DNA of 30,627 nucleotides from positions 1,941,965 through 1,972,591 of the forward strand of contig CP070761.1 in assembly GCA_020348985.1 (NCBI GenBank), written 5' to 3'. This DNA is from Candidatus Thorarchaeota archaeon. GTDB taxonomy: Archaea; Asgardarchaeota; Thorarchaeia; Thorarchaeales; Thorarchaeaceae. This document shows, one piece after another, positions 1 through 9,568 of this stretch. The notes beneath the pieces are model-generated. The model made no database searches. It worked only from the letters and a program-made list of their open reading frames with translations, and had not been told where the DNA came from. The position numbers and the translations under genes are program-made. Each line of letters starts with the position of its first letter. The first letter of the stretch is position 1.

Positions 1-50
1 AATGTTGGTAGGAATCCAAGATTCGGGAATACGTCGTCTATCTTTCTCAT
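1..50 (-). CDS. 5' end of a gene running off the window (MRKIDDVFPNLGFLPT...), probably co-transcribed with the acylase
   Basis: ATG at 50 on the minus strand, preceded by GAGGA overlapping the acylase stop; frame open to position 1. Product unknown. Confidence 0.55.
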   Translation of the reverse strand, partial: MRKIDDVFPNLGFLPT

Positions 51-61
51 CTTGATTCCTC

Positions 62-2647
62 CTATGGAATGAAAGTAATGACAGATTCAATCATCGTTTC
101 TTCAGTGTCAGCGGCTTGGAATGCGGCTGCAGTGGAGTAGAAGTAGATCTGATGATATCCATACTGTTCTGTGGCTTCGTCATAGTCATATTGGATCCAG
201 AATAGATCGTCGAAGTGCTCACTGAACGGATTCCCGCTCTGTCCTGGTGCATAAACACCGTAACTCATCTGGATGTTACTCATATCGGCTACAAGGCGCC
301 AAGAGGGTCCGCTTCCCACTCGCCATCCGCCAGCATTGTTGAGTGTGTTCTGCCCTCGATGCGGTATTCCACCAATAGTCAGAAGATTCGCAAGATGGTC
401 ATAGTAGACCCTGTGTTTATTGCCGTAGTCCCAGTTTGCTGGGTCGCTGCCAAACACTTCATCTGCGACGAGGTAATCCAACGCCCGATATATCGCTCGC
501 ACAAGAATCTCATCTCGCGTTTCCACGACTCCTGCTGTCGTGTGGTCATCTATGTAGTATTGGTTGTTTGTCTTGATGAATTCCTCCAGAACAGGCGTCC
601 GAGATAGCATCAGACTGGGATTGATGCTTCTTATTTCATCGAATGTTTCATAGTGGGTTGCATCGCGCAAGAACATCCAGACGGTGGGGGCCTTCTCATC
701 CGGGTCCATGACATAATCCCAGTCCTCTAGCCATCCTACGATTTCATCCACGGTGGAGTTTCCATCTCCAACGTTGTTCCAAGCGTCCACTACATATGGC
801 ACAATCTCCTGGGCTCTTACCTCAAGAGAATCCGCCTGGAATCGCTTCATGTCGTCCATCGTGACACTATCGTCGGCTGCAAGCAGTGCATCAATCCTAC
901 GTCCACGATAGCCATCAACATACGGCCCGAGAATTTCAAAGCCGTAGGTTGTCCAGTCGATCGAGAGCTGGTTGGCTGATGAAATGTATCCTTGAGAAGG
1001 ATTGACTGTTCTGGGCACATAGGCATAGGGGACATTGCTAACCCAACCTATGGAATCATTCAACGCTTGGACCGGAAAACGTCCATCATAACCTGCTCTT
1101 ATTGGGTAACGTCCCATCGCTGTGAGTGCAATGTTGCCTTGATCGTCTGCGTAAACCATGTTCTGAGCAGGGATGTCCCACCAATATGCAGCGTCAAAGT
1201 AACTCTCAAGGTCACTCATCTTATTGATCAGACCAACCGCCATGATATTGTGGATTACGTCATTCCCGGTCCACCTCATAGCAAGATTCGGACTATCCTC
1301 AGAGTCAACATCGTAGGTGGGCGCAATTGAATCAATCAGAGGTCCATGGACAGACTCTAAGACTTCGAATGGGATTACGTTTCCTTCTTTCGTAAGGATT
1401 GATTCATCGTGGACCTCGAAGGCTCTGTAAGCTCCATTGTACATATACTCACTTGAGTTGTTGGGATTGAGTTGCTCAACAAAGATGTCCAGCACATCCG
1501 CACCGACATTGGTCCATCCCCAGGCAGTATGTTCATTGTGACCTAGGATTATCCCAGGCATTCCTGCAAATCCTACCCCTGTGACATCCAACTCCCCAGG
1601 TACCACAATGTGTGATTCGTACCAGAGGGCAGGAGTCTGGAAATCAAGATGCGGGTCGTTACATAGAATGGGTTCGCCAGTTGCAGACCGATCCCCACTT
1701 ACTACCCAATTGTTGCTGCCAACGGTGTCCATGTCACCAAATGGATTGATTACTTCATCTAACGCCTTGATGAGGACTTCGAGCTTCTCTTGAGGTATGT
1801 ATGCTGCCTCCGCCATGACTCCATTGGTCAGAGCCGACGGATTTGGATCGGCCGGATAGCCGCCATTGGCATTGGGATACTCTGTGATGCTTAGGTTGTA
1901 TTGCTCCTGTACAATGGGCACTGAATAAGGCATTGTCCATGGGAACACCTCATCGAACATAGTATCATTGTCAATTGCTGTTCTCATCCATTGATTGCGG
2001 AGGTCTCCAAAACCTCCCGCAAGTCCCCATGATTGCAGATGTGCGAATATGAAGATGTCCAACCTCCTCCAATGTGGAGGGTTGAAGCCAAGTATCTTGA
2101 ACTCTATCGGTGTCGTTGCACTTGTCATAGTGTCAATGAATGCATTCACACCTGCAACCTCGGCATCAATCACATCCAGGGTGTAGGCAACGTCCGGATT
2201 GTTCGTGTTTGCCTCAAACCAGGCCATTGTCTTCTTAGCTGACCTTTCAAAACCCAATGTGCGGTAGATCCTGTCCGAGGGTGCGGCGTATCCGCCTACT
2301 ATCTCGCTGATTCTCCCGGCAGCCAGGTAGTTCTGCATGTACATCTGGAAAAGACGGTCTCTGGCATGGATGTATCCCATTGCCATGAATGCATCCTCTG
2401 TAGTCTCTCCATAGACGTGAGGAATTCCCCACTCATCCTGCAGGACTACGACGTTCGCGTCCAATCCGGGGAGTTGGATTGTCTGCGACTCCGGTATGTT
2501 CGCGCCAACACCGGTGTCAAATATGCCTCCTGTCGGGGCGATTATCTGTAAGCCTCCCGCTAGGGGGCCTATTGGCATGGTAAGAATAATGATCAATACA
2601 ATAGGTCCTATCAGTGAGAGGATGAAATTGATAACTTTCCTTCTCAT
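62..2647 (-). CDS. Penicillin acylase family (S45) Ntn-hydrolase with N-terminal membrane anchor/signal
   Basis: DEWGIPHVYG, GYIHARDRLFQM, the beta-subunit nucleophile motif GSNNWVVSG, NDPHL, HGP and PGQSG; hydrophobic N-terminus; GGAG upstream of ATG. Confidence 0.93.
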   Translation of the reverse strand: MRRKVINFILSLIGPIVLIIILTMPIGPLAGGLQIIAPTGGIFDTGVGANIPESQTIQLPGLDANVVVLQDEWGIPHVYGETTEDAFMAMGYIHARDRLFQMYMQNYLAAGRISEIVGGYAAPSDRIYRTLGFERSAKKTMAWFEANTNNPDVAYTLDVIDAEVAGVNAFIDTMTSATTPIEFKILGFNPPHWRRLDIFIFAHLQSWGLAGGFGDLRNQWMRTAIDNDTMFDEVFPWTMPYSVPIVQEQYNLSITEYPNANGGYPADPNPSALTNGVMAEAAYIPQEKLEVLIKALDEVINPFGDMDTVGSNNWVVSGDRSATGEPILCNDPHLDFQTPALWYESHIVVPGELDVTGVGFAGMPGIILGHNEHTAWGWTNVGADVLDIFVEQLNPNNSSEYMYNGAYRAFEVHDESILTKEGNVIPFEVLESVHGPLIDSIAPTYDVDSEDSPNLAMRWTGNDVIHNIMAVGLINKMSDLESYFDAAYWWDIPAQNMVYADDQGNIALTAMGRYPIRAGYDGRFPVQALNDSIGWVSNVPYAYVPRTVNPSQGYISSANQLSIDWTTYGFEILGPYVDGYRGRRIDALLAADDSVTMDDMKRFQADSLEVRAQEIVPYVVDAWNNVGDGNSTVDEIVGWLEDWDYVMDPDEKAPTVWMFLRDATHYETFDEIRSINPSLMLSRTPVLEEFIKTNNQYYIDDHTTAGVVETRDEILVRAIYRALDYLVADEVFGSDPANWDYGNKHRVYYDHLANLLTIGGIPHRGQNTLNNAGGWRVGSGPSWRLVADMSNIQMSYGVYAPGQSGNPFSEHFDDLFWIQYDYDEATEQYGYHQIYFYSTAAAFQAADTEETMIESVITFIP

Positions 2648-2769
2648 ACAACTCCTTCCGTATGGTTCGGATTCCTATAATTCATCAATCCGACTCTTAA
2701 GGATTGGGACCAACTTCGTGGACAAACTTTTTCAAGAAGATGAACCGCACCAGCAGGGGTTGTGAGTCT

Positions 2770-3816
2770 ATGGTTAAGACTGACGGTTTTCGTGGACGAG
2801 ACTACATTACGATGTTGGACTATACCAGGGAAGAGATTGAGACCATGATTGACGTGGCTCTCGATCTGAAGAGGAAGTTTGCCGTTGGGGAGCCACACAA
2901 GCTCCTCGATGCAAAGACACTGTTTATGATCTTCTATAATCAGAGTCTTCGTACAAGGAACTCTTTCGAGGCCGGAATGACACAGATGGGTGGTCATGCA
3001 CACTTTCTAGACCCGGGCAAAATCTACGCTCCGGCTCTAGAGGGCGACGAGAAAGCTTACTCCACAGAACGAGTATCTGATGTGGCTCGTGTGCTCGCCC
3101 GCATGGGTCATGGAATCGCGATTAGATGCTATGGTGACCCTGTCGGCTGGATCTACGGACGTGCGAATGAGGTCATCAACAACTTCGCCCACTGGGCAGA
3201 TATTCCGGTCATCAACATGGAGTGCGACAAGTATCACCCGTGTCAAGCACTTGCCGATGTGATGACTGTCAAAGAGAAGTTCGGGGACTACAAGGGTGTT
3301 CGCTTTGTCATGAGCTGGGCCTACTCGCCATCGGTGCACAAACCACTGGCGGTTCCACAGAGCGCTGTTATTGGTGCGACAAAGATGGGCTGTGAGACAG
3401 TCCTCGCTCATCCAAAGGGTATGGAACTTGACGATGAGGTCATCAAACAATGCAAGATATACGCTGAAGAGAACAACACTTCATTCGAGATTATGTACGA
3501 CATAGAAGAAGCGTTTGAGGGGGCCGATGTCGTCTATCCGAAAGCCTGGACCTGCCGTGAGTTCATACCGCCATGGAACGACAAGCCTGAGTTGGAGAAG
3601 TCTCAGGAACTCTTCGACAAGAACAAGCACTGGATTTGTGATGATGACAAGATGAAGATAGCAGGCCCGAAGTCGCTCTATATGCACTGCCTGCCGTGCG
3701 ACAGAGGATTTGAGGTTTCAAACTCAGTGGTTGACGGTCCGCAGTCAATTGTATGGGACCAGGCAGAGAATCGACTGCACGGTCAGAAAGCAGTCATGGC
3801 ACTGACTATGAGATGA
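2770..3816 (+). CDS. Ornithine-carbamoyltransferase-superfamily enzyme, YgeW/N-acyl-ornithine (knotted)-like
   Basis: Carbamoyl-phosphate motif SLRTRNSFE, HPCQ, MHCLP, QAENRLH. The loop SWAYSPSVHKPLAVPQS resembles YgeW-type enzymes. Start placed at ATG 2770 (MVKTDG) rather than 2704. Confidence 0.88.
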   Translation: MVKTDGFRGRDYITMLDYTREEIETMIDVALDLKRKFAVGEPHKLLDAKTLFMIFYNQSLRTRNSFEAGMTQMGGHAHFLDPGKIYAPALEGDEKAYSTERVSDVARVLARMGHGIAIRCYGDPVGWIYGRANEVINNFAHWADIPVINMECDKYHPCQALADVMTVKEKFGDYKGVRFVMSWAYSPSVHKPLAVPQSAVIGATKMGCETVLAHPKGMELDDEVIKQCKIYAEENNTSFEIMYDIEEAFEGADVVYPKAWTCREFIPPWNDKPELEKSQELFDKNKHWICDDDKMKIAGPKSLYMHCLPCDRGFEVSNSVVDGPQSIVWDQAENRLHGQKAVMALTMR

Positions 3817-3830
3817 TACAGTTTGATTCA

Positions 3831-3856
3831 GGGATGAATGATCATCCATTCATCCC
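3831..3856. terminator. Perfect 10-bp stem-loop between convergent genes (terminator or stability hairpin)
   Basis: GGGATGAATG-ATCATC-CATTCATCCC, about 15 nt after the carbamoyltransferase stop and about 30 nt beyond the stop of the convergent small ORF. Confidence 0.55.
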
Positions 3857-3886
3857 CGGAACCATTTTGATACTTGCACGTTTCCT

Positions 3887-4072
3887 TCAAGCTCGGTACG
3901 AGCCTCCACCGCCACCTCTTCTCGCTCGCACGATAATGATTAGGAACAATAGAGTGTATACAATAAAGAACCAATCTCCGGGTCCTAATGGAATGCCGAA
4001 GTCTTGAAGAGGCTGCGCTAACAGCTCATCGAAGAAACCGTAGACGTATTGAAAGAAGGTATCTAACTGCAT
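3887..4072 (-). CDS. Small single-pass membrane protein (about 61 aa)
   Basis: One TM helix (WFFIVYTLLFLIIIV) followed by basic RARR and a Gly-rich tail. It fills an otherwise empty gap. GAGGT lies just upstream; the start may be 4072 (ATG) or 4081 (GTG). Confidence 0.6.
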   Translation of the reverse strand: MQLDTFFQYVYGFFDELLAQPLQDFGIPLGPGDWFFIVYTLLFLIIIVRARRGGGGGSYRA

Positions 4073-4218
4073 ATACCTCACATCAATGATTGATACAATC
4101 CTCAGTACTTAAGATGATTCTGTGTGTTATGACAGTTGTAGTCTCAGAATGAGCGCAACTCCCTACTATTCAGTTAATGATATTAGTCGAGTATCTGCCA
4201 GATGGTTGTGTGTGAGCC

Positions 4219-4818
4219 TTGGCAGACAATCTAGAGCTTATGGTGAAGTACCTCGTCCATCTTCAGTTCTATTCCGAGGAAGAGGGCGCATTATATAGCA
4301 GGGACAAGAAACACAAGCTCACGGTTCCAGGAATCGCCCAAGTTATCGACGGTTTTGTGAGAGACCTGACAAAGCCCATACTGCTGGTTCAATCAAAGGA
4401 GTATCGTTCCTATCTCGAAGCCATAGCCCTGAAACTTCCGATAGATGTGGATGATATTGAGAGAGAGTTTCAAGATAGTCTTAGTGAACTCCCCGCAGAC
4501 CAACTGACTGACGAACTCGCCGCTAACTTTCTGATTGGCCCGATAAGGTCTTCATTGCAGAGTAGAGAGTTCGAGTCATGCATCGAACAGGTGCGAAGCG
4601 ACGCGGAGGAGAGACTCCAAGGTGTGGACGCTGCAACTACAATCAAAGCCCGGCTTTACGACTTGTATTCCAAGAACGATGGGACAGTTTCGCTTTTGTA
4701 CAATCTATCACTCCTACGCTTGCTGGCGTCAATCTATGGTAATCGCTCAATCTTCACTGAGATCGACTTGTTGGTCAAAAGCCACTGTGACGAACTAGTG
4801 GACAAGCTCTCTTCGTAG
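4219..4818 (+). CDS. Hypothetical protein, probably all-alpha
   Basis: 199-aa ORF with protein-like composition and no competing ORF; no motif recognised; TTG start. Confidence 0.7.
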   Translation: MADNLELMVKYLVHLQFYSEEEGALYSRDKKHKLTVPGIAQVIDGFVRDLTKPILLVQSKEYRSYLEAIALKLPIDVDDIEREFQDSLSELPADQLTDELAANFLIGPIRSSLQSREFESCIEQVRSDAEERLQGVDAATTIKARLYDLYSKNDGTVSLLYNLSLLRLLASIYGNRSIFTEIDLLVKSHCDELVDKLSS

Positions 4819-4859
4819 TTGAGGAAACCATCCCGCATTTGGTGTGCCCAATTCAGACA

Positions 4860-6836
4860 TCACTTGTCAAGACCTAGAGACTTCAGAAATGCTTCGTTGT
4901 TCGATTCTCTTCCGAGGAAGTCTCTAATCAAAGCGTCTGGATCACGACTTCCCCCTGGGGCAAGAACCTTCTCACGCAGCTGAAGTCCCGTCTTATCATC
5001 CATGAAACCATTTTCGTCAAACCTGGTGAACAGATCTTCTGCAAATACTTGTGACCACAAGTATCCGTAGTAACCAGCTTGATAGCCTCCCATAAGATGA
5101 GCAAAGCCTGCGTCGGGTGTTATTCCCTCTTCCATCTCGAATCCGGTAACGGTATTGTAGTAGCGCACAAACTCCTTAGTGGTATCATCGATTTGCTCTG
5201 TATGATATCGCATGTCAATCAGTGCGAAGAACACCTGTCTTAGTTGAAATGTTCCAATGTTCAGTAGTTTGACCTGAACCATCTTCTCAAGCAAATCTGC
5301 AGGTAGCTTCTTCTCCCTGTCCTCATAGTGCCCTGAAAGAAGAGAAAGCACCTCTTCCTTCCAAGCCCAATTCTCAAACATCATGGAGGGTACCTCGATG
5401 AAGTCTGGTAGCACACCATCTAGTCCAAAACTTGAGTACGAGGCTTTGTTTGAGATGCCATGCATTAGATGGCCAAACTCATGGAAAAAGGTGACTACTT
5501 GAGAATGGGGGAGCAGCGACGGCTGACTTTTGGTTGGTTTCTGAAAGTTTGCTACCATCGAGTTGATTGGGATATACACTGTGCCATCTTTGACGCGTCG
5601 TTCTAGGAGCGAGAATACAGCATAATGGCTGTACTTCCCCTCTCTTGGGTACAAGTCCAGGAAGAACACGCCCAGGGTCTCACCATTAGTCTTGTCGATT
5701 ACTTTGAATTCTCTGACATCATCATGCCATTTGTCCCCGTCCATCACCTCTTCGAACTGAAGGTTCAGGACTTTTTGATAGACCTTCAATACACCATCTA
5801 CAACGGAGTCCATTGGGAAATACTTCTTGATCTCGTTTTGGTCCAGAGAGTATTCCTCTTTCATCAATCTGTGATGATAGTATCTCATATCCCACAACTT
5901 CAGGTCTACCTCTTCAAATGGCACACCGACCTCTTCAGACTTGAGCTGTCTCATTCTGATGACTTCTTTCTCCCCAAAAGGAGCAAGTTTCTCCTTGAGA
6001 TCGTGCATGAATTCAAAGACGCGTTCAGGAGTCTTTGCCATTTTCCTCTTGATCGCATATTCGGCGAAGTTTGAGTACCCCAGTAGCTTGGCTTGCCTTT
6101 CTCTCAGCGCTAGGGTGTCTGCTAATCTCTTGCTGTTCTCTTCCCCACCTCTCCTGAAGTAGGCTGCTTCCATTCGCATTCTGGTTTCGGGGTCCTTCGC
6201 GAATTGCACCACACCAAGATAAACAGGATTGTGTAAGGGAAGTAGGTACCTGTCTACATCCTTCTCCAACTCCTCGTAGACGTCAGCAGGAACTCCCTCA
6301 AGCTCTTCTGCAGTAAAGGGAACCGTCTCCGTTATCTCGTTGAGAGTCCTGTTGAAGTCCGACTCCCGAACACTGATGTTGTTCGCTATCTCAAGGAATT
6401 CCATCCTGATGTCCTGATCGAGATTGGCCCCATTGTGTCTGAACTCTTCGAGAACCTTCTTGAGTAGCATTCTCTCCTCTTCGCCGAATGATTCAGCTTT
6501 GGATTCTAGTCGGGCAATGAGCTCATAGATGTCGCTTCTGGTCCAAATTTCATTGAAGAACTTCTCAGCATCTTGTTCCACTTTGTGGCCTACATCTCGC
6601 TGAGCTTTGTCTGTCGAGACATATTTCAGGAAGGTTATCGGAGTGAGTCTTTCCACAGCCGAAGCAAGGATTCCTTCGAACTCTTGAAGTGTTTCGATGC
6701 TCTCTTCCCCAGCTACCGTCTTAGCTACATTGTCAAGAGCTTTCTTTGTGATGTCAATCACTTCTTCCGCTGTTGATTCCATAGTGTCTGGATCCATCTG
6801 CCAGTTTGGCCTGCGGATGACCCCTTCGTTCGTCAT
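4860..6836 (-). CDS. M3A zinc oligopeptidase (thimet oligopeptidase/neurolysin-like)
   Basis: HEFGH zinc motif, DLYPREGK, DFIEVPSMMFENW, GYQAGYYGYLWS, FLGR. Start placed at ATG 6836 (MTNEG), downstream of a TATA-like box. Confidence 0.93.
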   Translation of the reverse strand: MTNEGVIRRPNWQMDPDTMESTAEEVIDITKKALDNVAKTVAGEESIETLQEFEGILASAVERLTPITFLKYVSTDKAQRDVGHKVEQDAEKFFNEIWTRSDIYELIARLESKAESFGEEERMLLKKVLEEFRHNGANLDQDIRMEFLEIANNISVRESDFNRTLNEITETVPFTAEELEGVPADVYEELEKDVDRYLLPLHNPVYLGVVQFAKDPETRMRMEAAYFRRGGEENSKRLADTLALRERQAKLLGYSNFAEYAIKRKMAKTPERVFEFMHDLKEKLAPFGEKEVIRMRQLKSEEVGVPFEEVDLKLWDMRYYHHRLMKEEYSLDQNEIKKYFPMDSVVDGVLKVYQKVLNLQFEEVMDGDKWHDDVREFKVIDKTNGETLGVFFLDLYPREGKYSHYAVFSLLERRVKDGTVYIPINSMVANFQKPTKSQPSLLPHSQVVTFFHEFGHLMHGISNKASYSSFGLDGVLPDFIEVPSMMFENWAWKEEVLSLLSGHYEDREKKLPADLLEKMVQVKLLNIGTFQLRQVFFALIDMRYHTEQIDDTTKEFVRYYNTVTGFEMEEGITPDAGFAHLMGGYQAGYYGYLWSQVFAEDLFTRFDENGFMDDKTGLQLREKVLAPGGSRDPDALIRDFLGRESNNEAFLKSLGLDK

Positions 6837-6859
6837 GATTCGCACTCCAATGAACTCCG

Positions 6860-6867
6860 TATTTAAA
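6860..6867 (-). promoter_or_regulatory. Archaeal TATA-like box for the M3 peptidase
   Basis: TTTAAATA on the minus strand, 24-31 nt upstream of ATG 6836, consistent with a near-leaderless transcript. Confidence 0.5.
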
Positions 6868-6988
6868 GCTGGATATCCACGCCTATTCAATCACAGCATG
6901 TTCAGCATCAACAATGTCACGATTTCAGTGTGTGTGGATTTCCGATAGAACTAAAACCCAGTCACCTCTCGCTATTGCCGTGGAAACT

Positions 6989-8020
6989 ATGGTCGATCTA
7001 TTCGGTCGTGATTTGCTCTGTACGCAAGATTGGACTATTGAAGAGTTAGAGAAGACACTGGATCTTGCCTTCGAGATGAAGGCACGACGATATGATCATC
7101 CACTGAACAACTGTCTTGATAGGCGAACGTTCTTCATGTTCTTTTACAATCCTAGCGTTCGCACAAGACAGAGTTTCGAATCAGCGGCTACGGAGCTAGG
7201 TGGACACGCTCAGTTTCTTGAACCGAGTAGTATGCGTTTGAAGACTGGCAAGACGGCAGGAGAGACTGTGCAAGATGCGGCCGGGGTTATGAGCAGATAT
7301 GCCATTGGAATTGGCATTCGAGTCCTTGAGACTGCGCTGGAGTACTACGGCCAAGGCCACGAACTCCTACAGGAATATGCACAGTGGGCAAGTGTTCCAA
7401 TAGTCAGTATGGCCCATGACAGATTCCATCCCTGTCAAGGTTTCGCTGATGTCATGGGTTACAGAATGCATGGTGGAAAGGACCTAAAGGGGAAAAAGAT
7501 TGTTCAGATTTGGGGGAAGGGAGCACTCGTTCGATCGTGGTGCTCGGTTCAGGAAAGCGTTCTCATTAATTCGCGCTTGGGAATGGATGTGACTCTTGCT
7601 CATCCACCAGGCTACGACCTTGACCCAGAAGTAATCAAGTGGTGCGAGGAAAATGCAGATTCTTCTGACAGTCGATTTGAGATTGTTCACGACCTTGAAG
7701 AAGCATACTCTGGAGCGGATTTCGTGTACTCAAGGAACTGGATGACCGCCGGCTTCTACGATGACATGGCAAAGCATGGTGTTGATACAGCCAAGAAGAA
7801 AGAAATCGAGATTGCAGCCAAGTATGATGACTGGATTACAACCAAGGACTGGATGGCAAAGACCAATGATGCATACTTCACACACTGCGGTCCAGTAGAC
7901 AGAAACGCAGAAGTTACTGATGAGGTGTGTGACAGTCCAAAGTCGATTGTCTACGATGTTGCTGAGAACCGATTACATGTTCAGAAGGCCATCATGGCAC
8001 TGACAATGAGCAAGATGTAG
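6989..8020 (+). CDS. Second, divergent ornithine-carbamoyltransferase-superfamily enzyme
   Basis: SVRTRQSFE, HPCQ, AENRLH; HCGP replaces HCLP; no SMG loop. Start placed at ATG 6989 (MVDLFGRD). Confidence 0.88.
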   Translation: MVDLFGRDLLCTQDWTIEELEKTLDLAFEMKARRYDHPLNNCLDRRTFFMFFYNPSVRTRQSFESAATELGGHAQFLEPSSMRLKTGKTAGETVQDAAGVMSRYAIGIGIRVLETALEYYGQGHELLQEYAQWASVPIVSMAHDRFHPCQGFADVMGYRMHGGKDLKGKKIVQIWGKGALVRSWCSVQESVLINSRLGMDVTLAHPPGYDLDPEVIKWCEENADSSDSRFEIVHDLEEAYSGADFVYSRNWMTAGFYDDMAKHGVDTAKKKEIEIAAKYDDWITTKDWMAKTNDAYFTHCGPVDRNAEVTDEVCDSPKSIVYDVAENRLHVQKAIMALTMSKM

Positions 8021-8043
8021 TCCTAGGAATGTGATACTCCGCA

Positions 8044-8382
8044 ATGACATCCAGAGTCCAGTTCTTATTGCAGGCATTGGCAATCGCCTCAATCATCACA
8101 ATAGCTGACCTGGCTGTTGCGTTCCTGTACTTCCTGTTGTCGTCTGGTGTCAATGTCTATGTCGTGGCCTCTAATCTTCTCTTCCTTGAGTTTGGTGTCA
8201 TGCTAATGGTCGGAGCCTGTCTGATAACTCGAGAGCCGCTTGATGAAGAAAAGAAGTATGATGAAGAAGGAGCGCCTGTAAGATCGATGTTGATGGCACA
8301 ATCCGCAAAGAAGGTACTCGCGTCTTCGGTCTTTGTCGTTCTCTTCTCTTTTCTATTCACTTTCCTCAGCTCCATCGTATGA
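8044..8382 (+). CDS. Small membrane protein (3 predicted TM helices)
   Basis: Two N-terminal hydrophobic helices, a charged loop (REPLDEEKKYDEEG) and a C-terminal hydrophobic helix; 23 nt downstream of the carbamoyltransferase. Confidence 0.75.
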   Translation: MTSRVQFLLQALAIASIITIADLAVAFLYFLLSSGVNVYVVASNLLFLEFGVMLMVGACLITREPLDEEKKYDEEGAPVRSMLMAQSAKKVLASSVFVVLFSFLFTFLSSIV

Positions 8383-8446
8383 ACATCTGAATGATTTTTG
8401 TGAGCAGATTGAAAAGGCTAAGCCCGTCATTCGCTTCGATTAAGTC

Positions 8447-9301
8447 TTGCCCGCAACTACTGTCGTGAGAGCTGAGGGTCCACTGCTTTCACACTGGCTC
8501 GAAGTCTACACCCTAGCTTCAAAGAGACACCTGAAGTCAGCAATGTTATCCGTAGCTGACCTTCAAGGCCTTCTTGATTCGAAGCATGTTAATCCCGATT
8601 CATTTCTGTTGGAAATGACTCGAGCAGGACCAACTGCAGCAGCAAGACTGGTCATCGACCACTCAAGAGGTTGTGCTCACATTTCGGATCTTGCCCTGAG
8701 TCCAGAAAGGAAAAATGCGGGCGTTGAACTAGTTGACTACATTCTTGGAACGACAAGAAATCAGGGACTCCTGAGACTCGAGTCTGAGGTACTAGATTAC
8801 ATGTCATCTTCAGCAGACGTCCTATCGAAATACACGTTTGAACCTCGGCAGACCTATTCTCACTTGAGAGACCTAATGACTAGTCCACCAGAATCTGGTA
8901 TAGAGGTCTCTACTACAGAAGTCATGAGAAGACTTGGACCTCTGTCAATCGAGGAGCACTGTCCACTAGCAGATCTATTTGAGAATGCAGCAAGAAAGTG
9001 GCGCCCGGTCATCGGGCTAAGATATGAACTCGAACCGAATGTGAGTGTGTTCGGTTATCAATCAGAAAAGATCCCCACACGTGGATACCTGTTGATAGAC
9101 TCCATTGGGATAATCGATCCAAAGAACGTTATTCTCACCTTGAAAGGCGCTCTGCATCACATGTACAGGGATGGGGTCCGGGACGTCAAAACCAAAGCCG
9201 AGGGTGACAGTGTTCTCCAATGGGCTCTGACAAGCATTGGATTCGTGATTGAATTCACTTCGCACAAGTTCGTAATGGATATGTACTATAGCGAGAGATA
9301 G
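8447..9301 (+). CDS. Hypothetical protein, possible degenerate tandem GNAT fold
   Basis: HISDLALSPERKNAGVELVDYIL resembles GNAT motif A; the C-terminal LTSIGF resembles a second motif B. Start uncertain. Confidence 0.55.
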   Translation: MPATTVVRAEGPLLSHWLEVYTLASKRHLKSAMLSVADLQGLLDSKHVNPDSFLLEMTRAGPTAAARLVIDHSRGCAHISDLALSPERKNAGVELVDYILGTTRNQGLLRLESEVLDYMSSSADVLSKYTFEPRQTYSHLRDLMTSPPESGIEVSTTEVMRRLGPLSIEEHCPLADLFENAARKWRPVIGLRYELEPNVSVFGYQSEKIPTRGYLLIDSIGIIDPKNVILTLKGALHHMYRDGVRDVKTKAEGDSVLQWALTSIGFVIEFTSHKFVMDMYYSER

Positions 9302-9546
9302 CTGCTGTTTGGCGCCAACTGGAAGTGGCATGTAATACCCAGATAATATTTCCAGAAATCTATTATGTGAACTTTTGGTCAGACGTTATAGCTCTGGCCG
9401 GGAGAAAAGAGCAGCAGTTGGTTTCCGGACAGCGTTGCAGTGAGTGCGCATTGAGTCATCATATATCACGCTTACCATATCAATGGGTTCCTCGATACCT
9501 ACTACGCTTTTCCGATGTTCGAATCTGGACTACGAAACCCTCTTCC

Positions 9547-9568
9547 GTGAGCGCCACTCGGCGCTCAC
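9547..9568 (-). terminator. GC-rich 9-bp hairpin just after the ABC ATPase stop
   Basis: GTGAGCGCC-ACTC-GGCGCTCAC, 3 nt beyond the stop at 9572. Confidence 0.5.

Noticed and set aside
2770-8020. Assigning argF/arcB, and dapA, gltA or dppD symbols to other genes
   Set aside because: Specificity motifs deviate or pathway context is missing, so only family-level calls are supported.
9485-9540. tRNA-like GTTCGAATC motif and 7-bp closing stem
   Set aside because: Only 56 nt with no proper T-stem or anticodon arm, so no cloverleaf can be built on either strand.
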